Source: a bacterium
Lineage (GTDB): Bacteria > UBA8248 > JACPRG01 > G963555815
Assembly: GCA_963555815.3 (NCBI GenBank)
Contig: CAUVWX020000001.1
Coordinates: forward strand, 640,001-704,000
Direction of reading: 5' to 3'
Length of the DNA stretch: 64,000 bases
In this document: positions 38,549 to 49,001 of the stretch, in pieces
How the letters are laid out: each line of letters starts with the position of its first letter
Numbering within the stretch: the stretch's first letter is position 1
The notes under the pieces: model-generated
Seen by the model: the letters and a program-made list of their open reading frames with translations, nothing else
Databases searched by the model: none
What the model was told of the DNA's origin: nothing
Translations under genes and position numbers: made by a program

Positions 38549-38639
38549 GGATAGGGATAGGGGATAGTTCCCCTCGGGGACTTAAAATCCCACATAGTAT
38601 CCGGGCGGATATGCGGTTCGATTCCGCCCCTCTCCACCA
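38549..38639 (+). tRNA. non-canonical (8/4) allo-tRNA-like gene, anticodon TAA
   Basis: Acceptor GGATAGGG/CCCTCTCC (8 bp, one T:C mismatch); D stem AGGGGA/TCCCCT with 4-nt loop; anticodon arm GGGA-CTTAAAA-TCCC; variable stem GTATCC/GGATAT; T arm GCGG-TTCGATT-CCGC (4 bp); discriminator A plus encoded CCA. Confidence 0.8.
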
Positions 38640-38732
38640 CCACAATATTTTTGGGTGGGCCTCAGCGGTAACTGAGGCCCCTGGCAACACCGCTTGGGAT
38701 GTGCCCCCTAGCGATGCACCCACCCTCTGACG

Positions 38733-38761
38733 AATTTAGGCTAAATCCCTCGATTCGTCAA
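38733..38761 (-). promoter_or_regulatory. sigma70-like promoter pointing away from the transposase
   Basis: Minus strand TTGACG-17 nt-TAAATT, overlapped by inverted repeat TGACGAAT (38728-38735) / ATTCGTCA (38753-38760). Confidence 0.6.
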
Positions 38762-38810
38762 GCATCCAACGGCGGGCATCACTCCCAGGCCCTTTTGGGA
38801 GTGCCTACCG

Positions 38811-39635
38811 ATGAACGTCCTGCCACTCAAGCGCAAGGCCCTGGTCCTGTCTGCCATTACCGAGGGCACCTCTATTCGGGGGGCCTCTCGGCTAACCGGC
38901 GTCCAGAAAAACACCATCATCAAGCTTATCTGCGACACAGCTGAGAAATGCTGGGCCATTTCAGACAGTAAACTCAATGGAATACAGGCAAACGATCTTC
39001 AATGTGATGAGCTTTGGAGCTTTGTCGGGAAAAGGGACAAGAGACTCTACGGCCACGAGAGGCCCTATCTCGGCAGCCAGTTCATCTTTGTGGCCCTTGA
39101 GGCTCAGACAAAACCGATCCCCTGCTTCACCGTTGGGAAGCGTGATCTCTATACAGCAACCAAATTTATGCGGGATCTAAGAAAAAGGGTCTCAGGTCGG
39201 CCTCAACTCACGACAGACGCCTTCCAGGCATATCACACAGCTGTCCGCTTAGCCTTTGGGTCCGACGTGGACTATGCTCGGCTGGCTAAATCCTTTGCCA
39301 ACAACGGGACCCCAAGGCGGGAAGGCTATGCCCCATCTGATTTCAGGGCGATTAAGCCTGTCGTAATTAGCGGGAACCCCGACCCAAATAAAATCTCAAC
39401 CTCTTACGTTGAAAGGCAAAATTTGACGCTGCGGATGCAGATGCGTAGGTTTACCAGATTAACCAACGCCTTCAGTAAAAAGCTCCCAAACCTTAGGGCT
39501 GCGCTATGGCTTCACTTCACCTACTACAATTTTTGCAGGGTGCATCAGATGCTGGGGGTTACTCCGGCTATGGCCTCAAATATTTCCGATTACCCCTGGA
39601 ATTGGAGGGAAATTCTGTCGTGGCAAGCCCAATAA
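38811..39635 (+). CDS. IS1-family DDE transposase, single uninterrupted ORF
   Basis: N-terminal HTH (SIRGASRLTGVQKNTI); QCDELWSFVGK, LTTDAF, STSYVERQNLTLR, RRFTRLTNAFSKK. Confidence 0.9.
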   Translation: MNVLPLKRKALVLSAITEGTSIRGASRLTGVQKNTIIKLICDTAEKCWAISDSKLNGIQANDLQCDELWSFVGKRDKRLYGHERPYLGSQFIFVALEAQTKPIPCFTVGKRDLYTATKFMRDLRKRVSGRPQLTTDAFQAYHTAVRLAFGSDVDYARLAKSFANNGTPRREGYAPSDFRAIKPVVISGNPDPNKISTSYVERQNLTLRMQMRRFTRLTNAFSKKLPNLRAALWLHFTYYNFCRVHQMLGVTPAMASNISDYPWNWREILSWQAQ

Positions 39636-39709
39636 GGGACCGCAGAAAAGGGGCGCCTTTTATCCACCAGGAAAACGACCCACTACCGAAAAAACCTGTT
39701 GAAAAGTCT

Positions 39710-39738
39710 TTGATAAGGCGCAGTGCTTGCGGTATAAT
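39710..39738 (+). promoter_or_regulatory. dnaA promoter
   Basis: TTGATA-17 nt-TATAAT; DnaA-box-like sites nearby: TGTTGAAAA (39697-39705), GTTTCCACA (39863-39871), TGTTGATAA (39874-39882). Confidence 0.7.
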
Positions 39739-39945
39739 GGTATAGGTTTGAGAGAGCGTCCCCTGCCGAGTAAAAAGCGGCCCTTTCATAATGTTTTCAG
39801 AACCGACCTTCAGCTTTATAGCACCTACAGGGAAAACCTGGGGCGGAAGGGCCTCCGGAAAAGTTTCCACATCTGTTGATAATCTGTTTGTGTGTGTGTT
39901 TTTAGGTAGATGTACCGTGTTGGCCTGGGGGATTTACACAGCATA

Positions 39946-41271
39946 ATGGAAGAGATTTGGAAAAACGCCCTTGATTCCCTCCGGAAAAGCGCCGGGGGGC
40001 ACTCCGTTGGGACCATGCTGGACCCCGTCAAACCCAAGTCCTTTGACGGGCAGACGTTGACCGTCGCGGTCCCAAACCGGTTCTTCCGGGACTACCTCAG
40101 CGAGCACTACGGGAAGGCCATCTCGGACGCCCTTCAGAAAATGGCCGGACAGCCCATTGGCTTTCACGTGGTCATAGAAGGAGACCCCCGCCGTCCTCGA
40201 GTTGTCGCCGACGAGACCCCGCCCGGGATCAACGAGACCCCCCAAAGCCCTCCGGTCTTTCTGAACGCCCGTTACACTTTCGAGAACTTCATGGTCGGGT
40301 CCTCTAACCAGTTCGCCCACGCAGCCGCCCAGGCTGTTGCCGAGAGCCCGGCGACCGCTTATAACCCCCTATTCATCTACGGGGCCGTTGGGCTGGGCAA
40401 GACCCACCTAATGCACGCTATCGGGCATTTCGTCTTTGAGCGAAACCCGCACGCGAAGCTATGTTACGTCTCCTCTGAGAGCTTCACCCTCGACCTTATC
40501 AACTCCATCCGCCACGATCGGATGGGTGAGTTTCGCAACCGGTACCGGAAGATGGACGTCCTCCTGGTTGATGACATCCAGTTTATCGCGGGGAAGGACC
40601 GGACCCAGGAGGAGTTTTTCCATACTTTCAACACCCTCTATGAGTCAAAAAAACAGATCGTTCTCTCTTGCGACAAATATCCCAAGGAGATGATGGACCT
40701 TGAGGAGCGACTGCGCTCTCGCTTCGAATGGGGGCTTGTGGCGGACATCCAACCACCAGACCTCGAAACCAAGGTCGCCATTTTCAATAAGAAGGCCGAA
40801 GAGAACGGGATTGAGATCCCCCCTGACGTGGCCCTTTACGTCGCGGGGAAGATCCGGGCGAACGTGCGGCAGCTCGAGGGATGCCTGATCCGCCTGGGCG
40901 CCTTCAGCTCTTTAACAAAAACACCCATTACCATAGCCCTGGCAGATAAGATCCTCCACCAGATACTCCAGGAGGAGGAGAAGGCTATCACCATCGAGAC
41001 TATCCAGAAGGCTGTGGCGCAATACTTCGGTCTCAAGGTGTCTGACCTCCGGTCAAAGAGGCGCCAGCGGACTATTTCTGAACCCCGCCAGATCGCCATG
41101 TTCTTGTCCAGGGAACTAACAAAGGCCTCTTTACCGGAGATTGGGCGCCGGTTTGGGGGGAAGGATCACAGCACAGTCATCCATTCGTGTAAAAAGATTC
41201 AGTCTGCCAGGGAAAGCAACCCGACTATCCAGGCGGCCATCGACCGAGTTCGGGCAACACTTGAGGTTTAA
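39946..41271 (+). CDS. dnaA: chromosomal replication initiator DnaA
   Basis: YTFENF, YGAVGLGKTHL, DDIQFIAGK, RLRSRFEWGL, GGKDHSTVIH. Confidence 0.98.
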   Translation: MEEIWKNALDSLRKSAGGHSVGTMLDPVKPKSFDGQTLTVAVPNRFFRDYLSEHYGKAISDALQKMAGQPIGFHVVIEGDPRRPRVVADETPPGINETPQSPPVFLNARYTFENFMVGSSNQFAHAAAQAVAESPATAYNPLFIYGAVGLGKTHLMHAIGHFVFERNPHAKLCYVSSESFTLDLINSIRHDRMGEFRNRYRKMDVLLVDDIQFIAGKDRTQEEFFHTFNTLYESKKQIVLSCDKYPKEMMDLEERLRSRFEWGLVADIQPPDLETKVAIFNKKAEENGIEIPPDVALYVAGKIRANVRQLEGCLIRLGAFSSLTKTPITIALADKILHQILQEEEKAITIETIQKAVAQYFGLKVSDLRSKRRQRTISEPRQIAMFLSRELTKASLPEIGRRFGGKDHSTVIHSCKKIQSARESNPTIQAAIDRVRATLEV

Positions 41272-43949
<2,678 letters not shown>

Positions 43950-44174
43950 GAGCGCCGGGCAGTTTTGAGTCAAGGGCCGCGGGCTGACACTGACGGCCCC
44001 TGCGGTGGCACAGGTAACACTCGCGCAACAAGACGATCAACCCGTCATCTTTCTTTGTAAAGGTCTCGGGCGAGCGCGGTTGCAGAAAAAGCCGTGGCTT
44101 CGCCCCATTGCCAGATAACTGGATGAGGGCTTGGGCAAACCGGCCCGGCTGAACACCTGAGCGAAAGGGCGTCT

Positions 44175-46691
44175 ATGAACCAAATCCAGGAGTCGCGCAT
44201 CCCGGTCCCCATCGAGGAGGAGATGAAATCCTCCTTCATGGACTACGCCATGAGCGTCATCATCGCTCGGGCGCTCCCGGATGTCCGGGATGGGCTAAAA
44301 CCTGTCCACCGGCGGATCCTGGTGACGCTGAACGACCTGAACCTTCGGCCAGGGCGGGGCTTCCGAAAGTGCGCCAAGATCGCCGGTGACGTCAGCGGGA
44401 ACTACCACCCCCACGGCGAGGCCATCGTCTATCCCTCTCTCGTCCGAATGGCCCAGGATTTCTCCCTTCGCTATCCCCTCGTCAAGGGCCAGGGGAATTT
44501 CGGATCGGTGGACGGGGATCCCCCTGCGGCCATGCGTTACACCGAGGCCCGTATGACGGCCCTCACTGAGGAGATGCTCCAGGACCTCGAGAGGGAAACA
44601 GTCGATTTCGTCCCGAACTACGATGAGACCCGCAGGGAGCCGGTTGTCCTCCCCTCGGCCATTCCGAATCTTGTCGTCAACGGCTCTGACGGAATCGCGG
44701 TCGGGATGGCCACCAAGATCCCGCCGCACAACCTCACGGAGGTGGTGGCGGGGATCATGGCCCTCTTGGACGACCCCGACCTGCCGCCGGAAGCCCTCCT
44801 GGCGCACATTCCGGGCCCCGACTTTCCGACGGGGGCCGTCATTTACGGGCGAAAAGGCATCCGGGACGCCTACCTGACGGGCCGAGGACTTCTACAGCTT
44901 CGCGCCCCAGCCTCTACCGAAAGGATAAAGCGGGCAGGGCGTGAGGTGGAAGCCATCATTATCAACGAGATCCCCTATCAGGTGAACAAGGCGAAGCTGA
45001 TCGAGCGGATCGCCGACCTGGTCCGAGACAAAAAGGTCGAGGGGATCTCGGACTTGCGGGACGAGTCGGACCGCGAGGGCATGCGGATTGTCATCGAGCT
45101 TAAGCGCGAGGGCGTCTTTTCGGTCACCCTGAACCAGCTCTATCGGCACACCCCCATGCAGGTCACCTTTGGGGTCATCCTTCTTGCCCTTGTGAACAAC
45201 CAGCCCCGCGTCCTCAATCTTAAGGAGCTTCTGGTCCACTTCATCAACCACCGCAAGGACGTGGTGGTTCGCCGGACCCAGTTCGACCTGAAGAAGGCCC
45301 AGGACCGGGCGCACATCCTGGAAGGGCTCCTGGTCGCCCTCGGGAAGATCGATGCCGTCATCAAGCTCATTCGGGGCTCCAAGACGGGCGAGGAGGCGCG
45401 CTCGGGTCTCATAGGACAATTCAAGATCACCCAGGTTCAGGCCCAGGCCATCCTGGAGATGAGGCTCCAGCGCTTGGTGGCTCTGGAGAGGAAGAAGATC
45501 GAGGCGGAACACCAGGAGCTCACAGAAAAGATCGCGCGCTTCAAGGCCATTCTGGCCGACGAGAAGCTGGTTGCCCGGGTCGTCCGAGAAGAGCTCCTCG
45601 AGGTCAAAAAGAAATACGGAGACGAGAGGCGGACGCAGATCGTAGATGAAACCTCCGAGATCACCTTCGAGGACACCCTCGTCGAAGAGGACATGGCGGT
45701 CACCATCAGCCGCTCGGGCTACATCAAACGGAACGCCGTCTCCCTCTATCGAAGCCAGCGACGAGGCGGCAAGGGCGTCCGGGGGATGGGGACCAAGGAG
45801 GAGGACATCGTAGAGGCCCTCTTCGTGGCTTCTACGCACGACACGGTCCTCTTCTTCACGAATCAGGGCCGCGTTCATTGGCTCAAGGTCTATCAGCTCC
45901 CGCAGGCCAGCAGGGCCGCCAAGGGAAAAAACATCGTCAACCTCCTTAAGCTGAAGGAGGGGGAGACCGTCTCCCAGACCCTCCCGGTGCGGGACTTTGA
46001 CGAAAAGAGGTTTGTCCTCATGGTGACGCGCAAGGGCGTGCTCAAGAAGACGGCCCTGTCGGCTTTTCGCCGGCCCAAGGCAGGGGGGATCATCGCCATC
46101 CAGCTCAGGGAGGGGGATGAGCTTGAGGCCGTGCGCCTCACGGATGGCCAGCGAGAGGTCTTCCTCGGCTCCAGCAAGGGAAAGGCCGTGCGCTTCTCTG
46201 AAGAACGGGTTCGCCCGATGGGGAGAACAGCGGCCGGCGTGAGGGGAATGGCCCTTGGACAGGGAGATGTCATCGTGGGGGCCGAAGTGGTCGCAGAGGG
46301 TTGCACCGTTCTCTCGGTGACGGAGAAAGGCTATGGGAAGCGGACTTCCCTTGAGGACTATCGCCTCACGAACCGTGGCGGAAAGGGGATCATCAACCTC
46401 AGGGTGGTCAAGAAGAACGGGCCCGTCGTGGGGATCATGCAGGTCTATGAGGATGACGAGTTCATCCTGATTACGTCGGGAGGACAGGTGATCCGCTCAA
46501 AGGTCAGGGATATTGCAGTCCATGGCCGGGGGACCCAGGGGGTCAAGGTCATCAACCTTGCGTCGGGAGACCGCGTCGTGGGGGTTGCTCGCCTGCCCGA
46601 ACAGGAGGAAACGGGCGAGCTGGCTCCCCAAGATGGGGATCAAATGCCCGGGTCCGAGGAAGGAAATAACGAGAAAGAGGCGAAACGCTAA
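44175..46691 (+). CDS. gyrA: DNA gyrase subunit A
   Basis: RALPDVRDGLKPVHRR, YHPHGE, AAMRYTE, GyrA box QRRGGKG. Confidence 0.98.
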   Translation: MNQIQESRIPVPIEEEMKSSFMDYAMSVIIARALPDVRDGLKPVHRRILVTLNDLNLRPGRGFRKCAKIAGDVSGNYHPHGEAIVYPSLVRMAQDFSLRYPLVKGQGNFGSVDGDPPAAMRYTEARMTALTEEMLQDLERETVDFVPNYDETRREPVVLPSAIPNLVVNGSDGIAVGMATKIPPHNLTEVVAGIMALLDDPDLPPEALLAHIPGPDFPTGAVIYGRKGIRDAYLTGRGLLQLRAPASTERIKRAGREVEAIIINEIPYQVNKAKLIERIADLVRDKKVEGISDLRDESDREGMRIVIELKREGVFSVTLNQLYRHTPMQVTFGVILLALVNNQPRVLNLKELLVHFINHRKDVVVRRTQFDLKKAQDRAHILEGLLVALGKIDAVIKLIRGSKTGEEARSGLIGQFKITQVQAQAILEMRLQRLVALERKKIEAEHQELTEKIARFKAILADEKLVARVVREELLEVKKKYGDERRTQIVDETSEITFEDTLVEEDMAVTISRSGYIKRNAVSLYRSQRRGGKGVRGMGTKEEDIVEALFVASTHDTVLFFTNQGRVHWLKVYQLPQASRAAKGKNIVNLLKLKEGETVSQTLPVRDFDEKRFVLMVTRKGVLKKTALSAFRRPKAGGIIAIQLREGDELEAVRLTDGQREVFLGSSKGKAVRFSEERVRPMGRTAAGVRGMALGQGDVIVGAEVVAEGCTVLSVTEKGYGKRTSLEDYRLTNRGGKGIINLRVVKKNGPVVGIMQVYEDDEFILITSGGQVIRSKVRDIAVHGRGTQGVKVINLASGDRVVGVARLPEQEETGELAPQDGDQMPGSEEGNNEKEAKR

Positions 46692-46978
46692 ACGCAATTC
46701 AAGGTCTTGTTCGCACCGCACAAAAGAAGCCTTTTCTTTTGGTAGTCAAGAGATAAGCCACCCAACTCCATGATTACCCACCCCCTTTCTTCAGGCGCTC
46801 CCCCTCTCGTAGTCAAGGCCGAATAGGGTCGCATTGGTTGAGCACCCACAAGAGGACGAGGGAGAACGCAATCAGATATAGAAGGCTCAGGCGGAACTTT
46901 CCCATGGAGATCTTACGGCCCCCCCGGCCGCCGAAGGCGGAAGGCCCCTAAAGTCAATGGGAAAGAGAGGCCTTGCCG

Positions 46979-47007
46979 TTGACGGCGTCAATGCTCAATG
47001 TTAGCAT
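46979..47007 (+). promoter_or_regulatory. serS promoter
   Basis: TTGACG-17 nt-TAGCAT. Confidence 0.55.
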
Positions 47008-47041
47008 GAGGGAGAACTTCGAAGGAAGGAATTCAAGGTCT

Positions 47042-48481
47042 ATGCTGGACATTAAGGCGATTCGCGAGGACCCGGATGGGTTTCAATCCGCCCTGGGCCG
47101 AAGGGGGGAGGGCTTTGATCTCTCCCAGGTCCTGGCGCTGGACGCTCGTCGTCGCGCACTCATCTCAGAGATTCAGACGCTCAAGGCGAAGCAAAAGGAG
47201 ATCTCTCGGACAATAGCCATCCCGCCGACAGGAGTTTCACCGGTTGGAGAACCGCCGCAGCCTGAGGAGGTAACCGGGGCAATCAGGGAACAGGCGAGGG
47301 CTTTGGCGGCGGAGGTGTCGGATACCGAGGGGAAGCTTCGCGCCGTCGAGGAAGATCTTCGGTCGGCCCTTCTTGAGATCTCGAACCTCCCCCACCCTTC
47401 CGCCCCCATGGGAAAAAGCGCGGAAGACAATGTGGAGGTTCGGCACTGGGGAGACCCCCCCAACTTTTCTTTTGAGCCCAAGGACCATGTCGTCATTGGG
47501 GAGCGGCTGGACATCATTGACTTCAAGCGGGCGGCCAAGATGGCCGGGGCCCGGTTCGCCGTCATGAAGGGGCTGGGAGCCGCCTTGGAAAGGGCCCTCT
47601 TGAATTTCATGCTGGACATGCACACCCGAAGGCATGGCTACACAGAGGTCCTCCCCCCCTTTCTGGTGAACGCGGAGAGCATGGAGGGGACTGGACAGCT
47701 GCCGAAGTTTGAGGGGGACCTGTTCAAGGTGGACGGGGGGGCGTTCTACCTGGTCCCTACGGGGGAAGTGCCGGTCACGAACATCCACCGGGAGGAGATC
47801 TTGAACGAGTGCAACCTCCCCGTGAAATATGCCGCCTACACCCCCTGCTTTCGGCGGGAGGCCGGCTCCTATGGAAGCGAGACCCGAGGGCTGATTCGCC
47901 AGCACCAGTTCAACAAGGTGGAGCTGGTGAAGTTCACGACCCCGGAGAGTTCGCATGACGAGCTGGAGAGCTTGACGAACGATGCCGAAGAAGTGCTGAG
48001 AAGGCTGGAGCTCCCCTTCCGCGTGGTGACGCTCTGCACGGCGGATCTTGGCTTTGCGGCGACCAAGACCTACGACATTGAGGTGTGGCTCCCCTCCCAG
48101 AAGGCCTATCGGGAGATCTCTTCGTGCAGCAATTTTGAGGCTTTTCAGGCACGGCGAGCGGGGATACGCTTCAAGCGGGAAGGGGGGAAACCCGAGTTTG
48201 TCCACACGCTGAATGGCTCCGGCCTCGCTATTGGGAGGACCGTTGTGGCCATCCTGGAGAATTTTCAGCAGGAGGACGGAAGCGTCATCATCCCAGAGGG
48301 TCTTCGGCCTTACATGGGTGGGGCCGCCGTCATCTCCCGGGGAAAGGGGAGTGCGAGCCCCTCTCGATCCGGGAAGCCGGCGGAGGCGCGCCAAGACCCT
48401 CCGAGAAAGCCTTCGAGGGATGCGACCCCTGCGAGGGGCGCAACCCCTTCTGCGAAAAACCCGGGTGCGAAGGGGAAATGA
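47042..48481 (+). CDS. serS: serine--tRNA ligase
   Basis: Start [50 protein letters not shown]. Confidence 0.97.
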   Translation: MLDIKAIREDPDGFQSALGRRGEGFDLSQVLALDARRRALISEIQTLKAKQKEISRTIAIPPTGVSPVGEPPQPEEVTGAIREQARALAAEVSDTEGKLRAVEEDLRSALLEISNLPHPSAPMGKSAEDNVEVRHWGDPPNFSFEPKDHVVIGERLDIIDFKRAAKMAGARFAVMKGLGAALERALLNFMLDMHTRRHGYTEVLPPFLVNAESMEGTGQLPKFEGDLFKVDGGAFYLVPTGEVPVTNIHREEILNECNLPVKYAAYTPCFRREAGSYGSETRGLIRQHQFNKVELVKFTTPESSHDELESLTNDAEEVLRRLELPFRVVTLCTADLGFAATKTYDIEVWLPSQKAYREISSCSNFEAFQARRAGIRFKREGGKPEFVHTLNGSGLAIGRTVVAILENFQQEDGSVIIPEGLRPYMGGAAVISRGKGSASPSRSGKPAEARQDPPRKPSRDATPARGATPSAKNPGAKGK

Positions 48482-48495
48482 GGAGCTTTCGGAAT

Positions 48496-48587
48496 GGAGG
48501 GATGGCCGAGCGGCTGAAGGCGGCGGTCTTGAAAACCGTTAGGGCCCGAGAGGACCCTCGGGGGTTCGAATCCCTCTCCCTCCGCCA
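48496..48587 (+). tRNA. tRNA-Ser (anticodon TGA)
   Basis: GGAGGGA...TCCCTCC-GCCA, anticodon loop CTTGAAA, long variable arm, GGTTCGAATCC. Confidence 0.96.
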
Positions 48588-48649
48588 AGAAGACAGCCCC
48601 GCATAGCGATTTCTGGAGCCAGGGCGGCCATTCTGGTGGCCCCGCAAGT

Positions 48650-48741
48650 GGAGAGGTGGCCGAGCGGCCGAAGGCACTCGCCTGCTAAGCGAGTGACCGC
48701 AGCAATGTGGTCCGAGGGTTCGAATCCCTCTCTCTCCGCCA
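48650..48741 (+). tRNA. tRNA-Ser (anticodon GCT)
   Basis: GGAGAGG...TCTCTCC-GCCA, anticodon loop CTGCTAA, long variable arm. Confidence 0.96.
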
Positions 48742-49001
48742 CGCCCTTACATCTTTGATATTGCTACGTTTTTTGTGGATCTCGTCCCCGTTTTTCGCCC
48801 AAATCCCGGGCGCTTGCCGATGCTTTGGTGAGGGGCTTCGGTTGGCAGAGACGCTTCTGCGTGGCGTTGGCGTAGTGTTTTCACACGCCCGTCTCTCAAG
48901 CCCTTTTCAGTGGTACGGGTTTCGAGGGCGTCATCGGTTGACACGGTTCTCTATGATCTGTGCCCAGCGACAGAACCGGCCGGCTTGGGATGGACCGGAG
49001 A

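Larger units (their letters stand above)
36820..39687 (+). mobile_element. IS1-family cargo-carrying element (transporter IS), 2868 bp
   Basis: Perfect 16-bp TIRs GGTAGTGGGTCGTTTT (36820-36835) / AAAACGACCCACTACC (39672-39687); 8-bp direct repeat GAAAAAAC at 36812-36819 and 39688-39695; single IS1-like transposase; visibly more AT-rich than flanks. Confidence 0.93.

Noticed and set aside
38549..38639. Ordinary tRNA-Leu(TAA), tRNA-Sec, or an att-site tRNA remnant
   Set aside because: The 8/4 stem geometry and 6-bp D stem are not canonical Leu; the anticodon is TAA, not TCA; it is full length and lies inside the TIRs, not at a boundary.
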